From an uncultured Spirochaetota bacterium (GTDB taxonomy: Bacteria; Spirochaetota; UBA4802; UBA5550), in assembly GCA_963827275.1 (NCBI GenBank), contig CAWHAA010000007.1, forward strand, positions 224,001 through 288,000: a DNA stretch of 64,000 nucleotides. The letters are read 5' to 3'. The position numbers were made by a program, and so were the translations under genes. The notes under the pieces were generated by a model. That model was given only the letters and a program-made list of their open reading frames with translations. It was not told the DNA's origin and did not search any database. Positions 39,474 to 49,700 of the stretch are shown here, piece after piece (position 1 is the first letter of the stretch; every line of letters begins with the position of its first letter).

Positions 39474-40624
39474 GTCGTTTTTTCAATAATTATAAAAAAG
39501 ATTATGTTCGTATCCGTTTCCCGCTCCACGCTCAGGTTGTAACCCCGCATGCCGGTTGATTTCACGAGATCGACGGTTTCCTGCATGTCGCGCAGATGGA
39601 AGGTCCAGTCGCACCACCAGTCCGGGGCGAGGGGGCTGTAGTTTTTTGAGTCCTTATGCGCGAAGACCAGTTTCCCGCCAGGCTTGACGACGCTGAAGAG
39701 GAACGCGATGAGGTCCTTGAGGCGCTGATCGGGGATGTAATCCGCGAGGCCGATCGTATAGACCAGGTCCTGGTCAGTGAGGAGTTTCCTGTACTTATCC
39801 GGCTCCTTGAGATAGTCATATACGCTGTGGCAAAGGGGGGTATATACGACATGCGCCGGGGAATGCGAGAGCGCTTTCAGCGAGAAGTCGATCGCCTCCT
39901 GGTCCTGGTCAACGAGCGTGAATTCGATTTTTTTCGATGCGTCAACGGTGTTTTGCTCAAACAGCTCTTTTATCTCCCGGCATGAACCGCAGGCGATATT
40001 GAGTATCCTGAGCGACGGACCGGGGGCCTCTTTAATGAAGCCGGCGAGCATTTCCCTCATCATCGTTTTCCTGCTCCGGACGGCCCGCGCGTAATCGTCA
40101 TTTAAAAAGCGCTTGTCCGCGCAGTATCCTATGCCCCGCGAGGAGATTTTATTGTCATACACGATCTCAATGATGCCGTAGTCTCCGGCGTATCCCCGGG
40201 GCTTTGAAAAGGCGTGCATCATGATATCTGACTTCATACCCACAGGGATGCCGCATTCACGGAACAGCTGTTTGACTTTTTTTATTAACGCGGGGTCTTC
40301 CAGCGAGTCTTCGAGCTTCTTTCCCTCCTGGAGTATGGCGTCCGTCATGGCTGCAACGGTCCCGCTTGCCGGTTCTTCCTGTAGCCTGCCGTCTTCCATC
40401 GCTGCGTCAAGGGCGAAAATCACCCCCATGTAGTGGGCGGCCTTCTGCCAGAATCCCATTACCTGATCGCGGGCGCTGTCCGTTGAAATTTCATCAAGCA
40501 GTGGAGAAATTTTTTCCAGGGTGCGCTTGCATGCCGACGCGTCAAAATATTTTTCATTTTTTCCCGTGTTCAGGCAATTCTGGAGCTTCTCTTCGGTAAT
40601 GGTCTGATTCCGGGAATTATTCAT
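39470..40624 (-). CDS. class I SAM methyltransferase, PhcB-like (3-hydroxy fatty acid methyl ester synthase family)
   Basis: Motifs 'HAFSKPRGYAGDY', 'AVRSRK', ILNIACGSCREI, DQDQEA, 'YTIGLADY' and 'WWCDW'. ATGA overlap with the kinase. The start was taken as ATG 40624 (AGGAAAGG RBS). Confidence 0.7.
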   Translation of the reverse strand: MNNSRNQTITEEKLQNCLNTGKNEKYFDASACKRTLEKISPLLDEISTDSARDQVMGFWQKAAHYMGVIFALDAAMEDGRLQEEPASGTVAAMTDAILQEGKKLEDSLEDPALIKKVKQLFRECGIPVGMKSDIMMHAFSKPRGYAGDYGIIEIVYDNKISSRGIGYCADKRFLNDDYARAVRSRKTMMREMLAGFIKEAPGPSLRILNIACGSCREIKELFEQNTVDASKKIEFTLVDQDQEAIDFSLKALSHSPAHVVYTPLCHSVYDYLKEPDKYRKLLTDQDLVYTIGLADYIPDQRLKDLIAFLFSVVKPGGKLVFAHKDSKNYSPLAPDWWCDWTFHLRDMQETVDLVKSTGMRGYNLSVERETDTNIIFFIIIEKTT

Positions 40625-41141
40625 TATGTAACCTTTCCTGTCACTCGTTAAACTTATGATTATAGTAGCAACATTATCACTGCGAGCATCTACTCGCCAT
40701 CGCTTCTGCTGGCCCATCCGCACGGCAGGTTGATAATTGTATATGGTTTATTGTTCGAGAAAAACCGATCAGGCTTGAGGGTAAAGCATTCCAGCGCTAA
40801 ATGCAAGAAAAAATTATTTTTATAGACACAATTGTCTGAAATTTTGATATTTGCATAATATGTTATTATTTTATGTCGCATGATGCTTCACACTTGTTGA
40901 TGGTACGTGGCGTTGAGAGAAACCGGCATAAAAATCCTGCTGCCGCTATCGATACCGAACGGCGGATACCGGTGCGTGATACAAGCAGGGGCATGCTTGC
41001 GTGCCTTACATCAATTATGGTATATGAGCACGGCGCGGCATGATTTGTCAATTGATATTTAACAATCGTTAAAAGTCGTTTTTGGCCTGCTGGCCAGGGA
41101 GCGTTTTTTAGCTTCATGATCACAACGGGTCCCAAAATTTC

Positions 41142-41170
41142 TTGACGGTCACTGAAGATCCCTTCATGAT
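41142..41170 (+). promoter_or_regulatory. sigma70-type promoter for htpX
   Basis: TTGACG-N17-CATGAT, about 36 bp upstream of the ATG. Confidence 0.45.
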
Positions 41171-41206
41171 ATAAACATAAAAAGCCCCCGCAAGGAGCAC
41201 AGCACC

Positions 41207-42025
41207 ATGCTCATGACTTTTTTTCTTCTGTTTATCCTGACCGCTTTCTTTATCATCGTCGGAAAGATCATCGCGGGGAACAAGGGTATGATCATCGCCT
41301 TCGTTCTCGCCTGCTTCCTTAACCTGGGCGCCTACTGGTTTTCCGATTCGATCATCCTTTCAACGTACCGGGCGCAGCCCGCGCCGGCGGGCCACCGGCT
41401 GGAACGGATCACCCATGACCTTGCGCGCAGGGCGGGCATGCCACTCCCGAAGGTGTACATTTTACCGGGCGCTTCCCCGAACGCGTTCGCGACCGGGCGC
41501 AGTCCCGGTCATGCGGCGGTGGCCGCGACTGAGGGTATCCTCGCGATCATGAATGACGGCGAGCTGTCGGCGGTCATGGCGCACGAGATGGGGCACGTGA
41601 AGAACTACGACATGCTGAGCGGGTCGGTCGCCGCCACCATCTCCGGGGCGGTAATGATACTTTCGCGCACGGCGATTTTCTTCGGCGGCGGGAGCAACTC
41701 GAGCTTCGGGAAGCGGCTTGCCGTGTCCATCCTTGCGCCGCTCGCGGCGACGGTGATCACCATGGCGATATCCCGCGACCGCGAATACAAGGCGGACGAG
41801 TTCTCGGCGCGGCTCACGAAGCGCCCGATGGACCTGGCCGGCGCGCTGCAGAACCTGGAGCGCGGCGTGCGGAGGGCGCCCCTGCAGGACGGCAGCCCCC
41901 AGACGGCCCACATGTTTACCGTCCATCCTTTTTCAGCATCGAGCATCGGCGAGCTCTTTTCAACACACCCGCCGGTGGCAAAGCGGGTTGAACGCCTGGC
42001 TCAACTGGCCAGGGAAATCCAGTAA
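41207..42025 (+). CDS. htpX: zinc metalloprotease HtpX (M48)
   Basis: Motifs PNAFATGR, AHEMGH (HExxH), SRDREYKAD and FSTHPP. Confidence 0.93.
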   Translation: MLMTFFLLFILTAFFIIVGKIIAGNKGMIIAFVLACFLNLGAYWFSDSIILSTYRAQPAPAGHRLERITHDLARRAGMPLPKVYILPGASPNAFATGRSPGHAAVAATEGILAIMNDGELSAVMAHEMGHVKNYDMLSGSVAATISGAVMILSRTAIFFGGGSNSSFGKRLAVSILAPLAATVITMAISRDREYKADEFSARLTKRPMDLAGALQNLERGVRRAPLQDGSPQTAHMFTVHPFSASSIGELFSTHPPVAKRVERLAQLAREIQ

Positions 42026-42036
42026 GGAGCGCGATC

Positions 42037-42447
42037 ATGAACCTGATTTCATCTATCAAGCTGTATCTGATAATGGTGCCGGTATTTTTCGCGGTGGACA
42101 TAGTCTGGCTTGCCCTCATAGCGAAAAATTTCTACCAGAAGCACCTCGGCTACCTGATGGGTGCGTCGGTCAACTGGCCGCCGGCGGTCATTTTTTACCT
42201 GCTCTACATAGCCGGTATCCTGTTTTTCGCCGTTATACCCGCGTTTGAAAAGCAGTCCCTCCTCAGGGCCGTGGGCGCGGGCGCCTTTCTCGGCCTGGTC
42301 GCGTATGCCACGTATGATCTGACCAACTACGCGACCATCCGCGACTGGCCGTTCATTGTGGTCGCCGTTGACCTGGCATGGGGCATGGCCTGCTCGGCGA
42401 TTGTCAGCGCGGCCGGGTATCTGGCCGCAGTGCGACTGTTTTCGTAG
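42037..42447 (+). CDS. DUF2177 family membrane protein
   Basis: Motifs 'D.VWL...A..FY', 'YATYDLTN.AT...W' and 'DLAWG'. Confidence 0.88.
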   Translation: MNLISSIKLYLIMVPVFFAVDIVWLALIAKNFYQKHLGYLMGASVNWPPAVIFYLLYIAGILFFAVIPAFEKQSLLRAVGAGAFLGLVAYATYDLTNYATIRDWPFIVVAVDLAWGMACSAIVSAAGYLAAVRLFS

Positions 42448-42491
42448 GGGGAGGGTGGTCCGGGCCTTTTACAGGGGGATGTACAACCAGC

Positions 42492-42515
42492 AGGCGGGGT
42501 CACGCGACCCCGCCT
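42492..42515. terminator. hairpin between convergent genes
   Basis: AGGCGGGGTC-acgc-GACCCCGCCT, a perfect 10-bp stem. Confidence 0.6.
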
Positions 42516-42530
42516 ATGAGTCAGGTCACA

Positions 42531-45500
42531 TTATTCGATTTTTCGGATGCAGTGGTTACCAAGATCAATTAAATAAAGGTAGTTGCCATTTATAGTGATG
42601 CCAACTGGGGCCCAAAATCTCGCAGCATTACCTATTCCGTCATCTGAAGCATAAGTACCTGCGAGTCCGGCAACTGTGCTAACCTCTCCCGTGGCTATAA
42701 CTATCTTTCTTAAAGTATTATTGTTATGGTCAGCCACGTAGAGATTAATCCCATCACTCACGATTCCAGTGGGATGGTTAAATAATGCTGCACTCCCGAT
42801 TCCATCTGTTGATCCTGCAGTACCCGCCATCCCGGCAATGGTGGTAACCTCATTAGTGACGATCACTACTTTGCGGATGGTGTGATTTAATGTGTCAGCC
42901 ACAAACAGATTAGTACCGTCAGTGGTTATACCCAGTGAGCCTCGAAATCGTGCGGTCGTGCCAATGCCATCGGCAGAACCAGATACACTTGATCCAGCGA
43001 TAGTTGTCACCTGGCCTGTTGCAATCACTACCTTGCGAATTGTATTGTTGTCAGCCACGTAAAGATTATCGCCGTCAATCGTTATGCCCCTAAATGATCT
43101 GAATCTTGCCGCACTCCCGATACCATCATTATATCCATAAGTACCTGCCAAACCGGCAAGGGTCGTGACTTCGGCAGTAGCGATTACTATTTTGCGTAAG
43201 GTATAGTTCAATGAATCCGCCACATAAAGATTCTTCCCGTCAGTAATGATTCCTTGAGGAGCAGTAAATTGAGCCTCACTGCCAATCCCGTCGCTTGATC
43301 CAGAAGATCCTGCAGTACCTGCAAGCGTCGTCACCTCGCCTGTAGCTATCATTATCTTGCGTATTGCATGGTTGTTTGTGTCAGCCACATAGAGATTTTT
43401 TCCATCGGTAGTAATGTCATACGGGCTATTAAACCTCGCAGAAATCCCGATTCCGTCCGCTGTTCCACTAGTTTTTGACATGCCTGAATATGTGGTAACT
43501 TCCCCGGTAGTTATTAAAATTTTCCTTATTGTATTATTGGATGTGTCAGCCACGTAGAGATTGGTGCCGTCAGTAGTTATTTTCGATGGTTGATTAAACA
43601 GTGCAGCGTTTACGGTTCCGTCCGTTGATCCGATAGTGCCCGAAAACCCGGCGATAGTGGTCACAAAACCTGAGATAATATTTATCGTACGAATCGTGTG
43701 GTTTTGAGTGTCAGGAATATATAGATTGATTCCATCAGTTGTTATCCCATTGGGTTGATAGAAACGTGCCGTAGATCCTATTCCGTCCGTCGATCCACTA
43801 CTACCAGCCAGGCCGGCAAGAGTGCTGACTTCACTGGTGGCTATCACTATCTTTCGTATTGTATGATTTTCTGTGTCAGCCACGTAGAGATTGGTTCCAT
43901 CGGTAGTGATGCCTCTTGGTCCATATAAACGTGCTGTTGTTCCTGTTCCGTCCGTCGATCCACTAATACGAGCTTGACCGGCAAGTGTTGTGACCTCACT
44001 GGTGGCTATCACTATCTTACGGATTGTAAAATTACCTGTATCAGCGACGTATAGATTAGTACCATCAGTTGTGATCCCTCTAGGAACATTGAATCTAGCC
44101 TCACTCCCTATTCCGTCTGCATATCCTGAAGTACCACCACCGGCGAAGGTAGTGACCTCACCAGTGGCGATAACGAGCTTGCGGATTTTATTGTTTGCCA
44201 GGTCAGCTATATAAAGATTTATTCCGTCAGTTGTTATATCCCAGGGGTAGAAAAAGCGAGCAGCAGTTCCTATTCCGTCCGTCGATCCATTAATGCCAAC
44301 TTGGCCGGCAATAGTTGTGACTTCACCTGTGTTAATAACTATCTTTCGTATTGTATGATTGTTTGAGTCAGCCACATAAATGTTGTCGCCATCATTGGTC
44401 ATGCCATTAGGATAATTAAACTTCGCCATGACTCCAATACCATCCGAATAGCCTTTACCGCCGATACTTCCTGCAAAATGGCTTACAATACTTTGTATAT
44501 CTAATGTTACCTTAACAATGATTGTATAATTTTTAGTACTTCCATCCTCCGCGATTACCGTATATACCAGAAGGTTGGTGAAATCATTGGCCGTGACCCC
44601 GCTCTGCTGTAACACTCCACCGACAGTAATGCTTGTGCCGTTTGTTGAGAATATAGCGATAAGGGATCCTGTATCAATCCCGGTTGGCAATGTAAGTGAT
44701 ATAGTATTGCTATTAATTGTACCAATTACTCCATTGATCGAAAATGATGTAATATCTTTCAAGGGACTCAGCATCCTCACCCGCACCGTGTAATCCTGCG
44801 TCGATCCGTCCTCGGCCGTGACCCGGTAGACCACCGGGTCGGTGAAGTCGTTCGCGGACACGCCGCTCTCCTGGACGTCGCCATCAACGGTGACGCCCGT
44901 GCCGCTTGTGGTGAATGCTGCCACCAGTCCTGTCACGTCCGTGCCCCAGGGGAGCGTCACGGTGATAAAGGGATAGGCGATCACGCCGGCGGTCCCGTTT
45001 ATAGAGAATGCCGTCATCTCCTTGGCCCGGCTCTGCACGTACACGTTCTGCGTGTCGGTCGAATAGGCGAGGGAGGCGGTCACCACGCCGGGGCCGTGAC
45101 ACCCGGTGGTGTCAAGGACGCCGTCCGGGTCCATGAAGCCTATGGAGGCGTCCGCCGACCATACCGGTAGCACCGGGATGGTGTTCCCGTACCCGTCGCG
45201 GCCGATCACGTCAAAAGCGTACGAAGTGCCTTCGCTGACGGCCAGGTCGCCCGGTATGGAAATGCCGTTAGTGTTGAGGACCTCGATCGATTCGAGCTCT
45301 CCCGTGTAAATGTTGATGGATGCTATCGCGCTCTCGCCGTCAAACCCGGCAACGAGCTGGTCTGGCGTACCTGCCGGTGTCCGGGTGATGGCCCTGAGCA
45401 GAATGCCCTGCGCGAAGCGGTTCGTGAGCGCGGCGCCTCCGTATGCCATGGTGAAGGTCTCGGGAACGAGGCTGAAAGCGGTGCCGTTGTTGTCCACGCC

Positions 45501-46496
45501 GCGCACCAGCAGGAAGCGCTCGAACCCGGCGGTTATGTCCAGCGTTGCCGGGTTGATGTTCGCGCTGCCTGCCTCGTAGGTGCGGGTCACGTCGTATCTC
45601 CTGGTCCCCGATGCCTGGACCGCGCCCAGGTTGTCGGTCGCCTCGATTCGGTACTCGATGTCGTTGCCGGCGCCGATGTCGGCGGCGGTGAGGAATGAGG
45701 CCGGTATCAGGTAACCGTAGGTGTGGAGCGTTGCCTGCGGGTTGGCCTCTTTCGTCATGCGTGCTTCCTGCCACACGCCCGCGCCGGCGCCGTGGAGCTT
45801 CCGGTACCGGAGCGTGACCCCGGCAACGGCGCCGTCATAGTCCCTGACCGTGGCGCGCACGTAGATCGGCGCGCCCGCCCTTATTGTGGTTGGCCAGGGC
45901 GCCTGGAGCCCCACGTACGGCTCGTTGTTGGTCGGGAGCAGGGCCTGCGCCATTGGCAGGTACACGGTGAAGTGCTCGATCAGGGCGGTGACCCTGTTGT
46001 GCGCTGTGTCAACGATGCTGTTGACCGGCACGTAGCATTTCAGGTCTTCATCGTAATAGCAAATCTGTATTGTCTCAGGGCTGAGGCCCAGCCGGGCCAG
46101 CTCCGCGCTGTCGTAGTACATCTCGAGCACCGCCGGCTCGCCCAGGTCAAAGCCGGTGCCTTTCGGCAGGAACCGGTACGCCTGGCCGAAGGAGGTGAGC
46201 CCGTCAGCGTCGCCCGCGGGGATGTCGCCTGTTCTTTCTATGGATATGGTCAGGTCGTCCGCAAGGGCCTCTGCAGGGACCGTGAGGGTCAGCTCATCGT
46301 TCAGCTGAACAACGCCGCCGGCCTCGGCCGTGATGAGGGTGCTGCCGCCCTTGTCGCCTCCCGCGCCGAGGAATAGCGCGCCCAGCATGGAATTGTTCGA
46401 TTGCTGCCCGCAGCCCGGCAGGAGGAGCAGGGAGAGTGTACAGAGCGTCATAACGATTGCCGCGGCCGTATTCCTGGCAGAATTAGCTGTTTTCAT
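42531..46496 (-). CDS. surface lipoprotein: ZU5-like/Ig domains, two DUF5018-like repeats, 12 NHL repeats
   Basis: Lipobox LLPGC and a GGAGG RBS before ATG 46496. Two copies of 'NDFT..V.Y.V.AEDGST..YT'. Twelve copies of 'G.NLYVAD..NHTIRKIVIATGEVTT.AG'. Confidence 0.9.
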   Translation of the reverse strand: MKTANSARNTAAAIVMTLCTLSLLLLPGCGQQSNNSMLGALFLGAGGDKGGSTLITAEAGGVVQLNDELTLTVPAEALADDLTISIERTGDIPAGDADGLTSFGQAYRFLPKGTGFDLGEPAVLEMYYDSAELARLGLSPETIQICYYDEDLKCYVPVNSIVDTAHNRVTALIEHFTVYLPMAQALLPTNNEPYVGLQAPWPTTIRAGAPIYVRATVRDYDGAVAGVTLRYRKLHGAGAGVWQEARMTKEANPQATLHTYGYLIPASFLTAADIGAGNDIEYRIEATDNLGAVQASGTRRYDVTRTYEAGSANINPATLDITAGFERFLLVRGVDNNGTAFSLVPETFTMAYGGAALTNRFAQGILLRAITRTPAGTPDQLVAGFDGESAIASINIYTGELESIEVLNTNGISIPGDLAVSEGTSYAFDVIGRDGYGNTIPVLPVWSADASIGFMDPDGVLDTTGCHGPGVVTASLAYSTDTQNVYVQSRAKEMTAFSINGTAGVIAYPFITVTLPWGTDVTGLVAAFTTSGTGVTVDGDVQESGVSANDFTDPVVYRVTAEDGSTQDYTVRVRMLSPLKDITSFSINGVIGTINSNTISLTLPTGIDTGSLIAIFSTNGTSITVGGVLQQSGVTANDFTNLLVYTVIAEDGSTKNYTIIVKVTLDIQSIVSHFAGSIGGKGYSDGIGVMAKFNYPNGMTNDGDNIYVADSNNHTIRKIVINTGEVTTIAGQVGINGSTDGIGTAARFFYPWDITTDGINLYIADLANNKIRKLVIATGEVTTFAGGGTSGYADGIGSEARFNVPRGITTDGTNLYVADTGNFTIRKIVIATSEVTTLAGQARISGSTDGTGTTARLYGPRGITTDGTNLYVADTENHTIRKIVIATSEVSTLAGLAGSSGSTDGIGSTARFYQPNGITTDGINLYIPDTQNHTIRTINIISGFVTTIAGFSGTIGSTDGTVNAALFNQPSKITTDGTNLYVADTSNNTIRKILITTGEVTTYSGMSKTSGTADGIGISARFNSPYDITTDGKNLYVADTNNHAIRKIMIATGEVTTLAGTAGSSGSSDGIGSEAQFTAPQGIITDGKNLYVADSLNYTLRKIVIATAEVTTLAGLAGTYGYNDGIGSAARFRSFRGITIDGDNLYVADNNTIRKVVIATGQVTTIAGSSVSGSADGIGTTARFRGSLGITTDGTNLFVADTLNHTIRKVVIVTNEVTTIAGMAGTAGSTDGIGSAALFNHPTGIVSDGINLYVADHNNNTLRKIVIATGEVSTVAGLAGTYASDDGIGNAARFWAPVGITINGNYLYLIDLGNHCIRKIE

Positions 46497-46709
46497 AAAA
46501 AACCTCCCCATGGATAATGAGCAAGGAGCTCACCGGTAATAGAAACAGGGGCTGGAACATGCCCTTCAGGATAATGATTGGATGCAATGGAAAAATGTGT
46601 TATGTGGATTAATAATTACAATGTGGTTTAAAATCAAGGATTATTTCAAAATCCAGCCAGGCTCTTTTTTGATCCGATCAGAAATTGGCTGCAGGTATGG
46701 CGAGGGGAT

Positions 46710-46740
46710 AAAAAAGGGCGCGGTCCGATGGACCGCGCCC
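46710..46740 (-). terminator. Rho-independent terminator of the giant adhesin gene
   Basis: GGGCGCGGTCC-atc-GGACCGCGCCC stem followed by a T-tract on the minus strand, 13 bp after the stop. Confidence 0.85.
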
Positions 46741-46753
46741 CGGGGGTTCTATG

Positions 46754-49700
46754 TTATCTGGCCGGGAAGCAGTGGGCGCCCGGACCGGCGGTGTAACCGC
46801 CTGGCAGGCTGTCTGATCCATCATAAATGAAGCTCATGGTAAACGGATCGAATATCGTCGTCTCTGATTGGTAAGCACCATGTACTATCATGTACATTCC
46901 TTTATAGGTGCCGCCTGTTATTGGAAACGCGAATGCCCCTTCACCTATATGATATCCATTGGTAAATGACGGTCCATCAGCGATTGTTCCAATCCCTGAA
47001 TCCGGAGAGTAGATGGATGTGGTATATTCATCGCCGCCGTGCACAATGAGCACTTGACCGGCGTACGTACCACTTTTAATCGGTATGCTGAATGACCCTG
47101 TTTTCGGGGTGTTTGCGGATGGGATATTCGGCCCGGAAGTAATTGTCGGTGTCGAAGTCGGCTCAAAGAGCCAGGTGCGAGCGGATCCGCCTTCGATGAT
47201 CAACATCCATCCGGCATAAGCTCCTGAGGTAAGTTTGACACAATGACCACCGTCACCGATACTCGCAGTGCCATCTATCATATATGTTGGCGAGAGCGTT
47301 CCCGCGCTCTGGTTAAATACCTGGTAAGTATAGTTGTTATTGCCGTGAACGATTACCAGATTGTTGTCAAGGTTCTTGAAAATGAAGGACCCAGATCCTA
47401 TGCCCGGACTGAATGTATACCCGAAACTATTGAACGAACCCGGCATATCCGGATCAAACCGCCTCATCCCTGGGCTGCCGCCGCCGTTTATGACAATGAA
47501 GTCGTTGGGATATGCGCCGCCTTCCATCATGAAAGAGTGCGCGCCATATGAAATGACAGCGCCCGTTCCCGCTGAGTAGTTCGTTATCGAAGGGCCGCTC
47601 GGATCGTACAGGGTGGCGCCCATCCCGCCGCCGTAATTGCCGTGTATAACCATGTATTGGTTGGCATAGGTCCCACTGGGTATCCGGAAGCTGTGGGCGC
47701 CAGATGATACACCGTTTGACATTGAAAGAAAGTCATCACTGAAGGTATTGTCAATCGGATTGTATACGGATGTTGACCCGTTACCGCCGCCATGAACAAC
47801 CCTGAGCGGCATCACGCCAGCCCCGATCAGGTGGATCACATACGGGTTCTCATCCGGGTCGTCGTTCGGAATCTCGATGACCGCAGAGCGCAGACCTTCG
47901 CCGCCGGGCGTGAACGTGACGTCAAAGGTGCAGGTGCCGTTGCCGTACGCGACGGGCCCTCCATAGCTGGTCGTATCGAGAGTATAATCACCATCGTGCA
48001 CGCCGGATAATATCGGGAAATTCGGATTTAGATCGGCGCCGGTCCCGAAATTTTCCACCGTGAAGGTCACGGTGACGCCTGAGCCCCCGATCAGTTCGTC
48101 GCCGAAATCGAACCAGGTGTCCGACGGATAGTATTGCGAATCGGCCTCGATGTTGATGTCCGGGACCGGCGACGAGACAGAGCCGCCGTTGAGGTTGAGC
48201 GTATAGGGCTCAGTATTGGAATTGATGGTGAGCACGGTCGAGTATGGCCCGGTGTCGCCCGGGGCAGCGAAGGTGACGGTGAATGTTTCCATGCCCGAAG
48301 GCGGAATCAGTGTAGTGGCCGGCCCGGAGACCACGAAGACAGTATTGTCCTCCGCATCCACCAACAGATCATAGATGTCAAGGTCGATGTAGCCGTTGTT
48401 GGTTATGGTGAAGGTGACTGGCCCGTTGATTTCGCCTGCACCGGCAAAGCCGAAATCGTACAGGCTGCCTGTCGGGTACTCCAGGCCGTCGATGGTGATA
48501 TCAAGGGTCGGGAGCGGACTCCCGTTGCCATGGCCGGTGAGGTTAATAATGTAATTATTTTCATACCCCGTGTCCGGGTCGTTTGAAGTGATGGTGAGAA
48601 CGTCATTCTCGGGTGACGAGGATAGCGGTCGGTACTCGACCGTGAAGGTCGTGGCGCCGCCGCCCGGTATGCTCATGGCACCGGGGCCGGTCACTGTGTA
48701 ACGGGTGCCATCTGCCAGGGATATGCCCGAGATCTCGAGGCCGCCGATGCCGCTGTTCACTATCGTGAACGTTGCCCGCGATACATCGGTATTCATCACC
48801 GTGTCGAATGTATAGGTGTCGCCCGACAGGTATTCCACCGCGCCGGACCTGACGTCGATATCCGGGACCGGTGCGGCGACGCCCTCACCGGTGAGCCCGA
48901 TGGTGTAGCTGCTCTCATCCAGGTCGGTGGAGGAGATATCCAGAAATACCTCGGGAGAGGTGCCAAAGGTGCCCGTCGTCTGAGGGGCGAAGGTGACGGT
49001 GATGGTGGTGCTGGTCCCCGCGTCAAGCTCAGCGAATTCCGGGCCGGGAACCGTGACCGAGAAGTTGGTCGTGTCCGAGACCCCCACCGAGACGAGGCTG
49101 AGCGTTCCCGTTCCCGCGTTCTCTACCGTGAAGGTGACCGACTTGGACTGGCCGACCTGCACCCTGCCGAAGTCATAGGTGCTGCCCGTAGCCGGGTAAT
49201 TGACTATACCCCTCCTGACGTTGATGTCCGGGCTCACATATTCTATGCTGTACTGCGGCGCGGCAATATTGGGATTGCCGGCCGTATCAGTGACGGCGCC
49301 GGCGTTGATATCCACGGTGACCGTGCCGTAGGCTGCTGGATAGATTTCCGCTGTGTAGTTGGCGCCGGAGCCCATGAGGTTGGACACGGAACCGTTAGTG
49401 ACGGTTATGCTTCCCGCATTGAAGCCGGTCACGTCTTCGCTGAAGGTGATAGTTATCGGTATGGGCGAGGTGCCGGTGGAGGCGCCCGGGCCGGTGATGG
49501 CCACGGTCGGCGCGACGGTGTCAACATAGGTTATGCTGTACTGCGGCGCGGCGGTATTAAGATTGGAGGCGGCATCCTGTGCGACGCCGGCGTTGATATC
49601 CACGGTAACGGTGCCGTAGGCGGCCGGAAAGATATCCGCCGTGTAGTTGGCGCCGAAGCCCATGAGGTTGGACACGGAACCGTTCGTGACGGTTATGCTT

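Noticed and set aside
40625..41200. Small ORFs in the methyltransferase-htpX intergenic region
   Set aside because: They are AT-rich, lack an RBS or motifs, and the region is better explained as divergent promoters.
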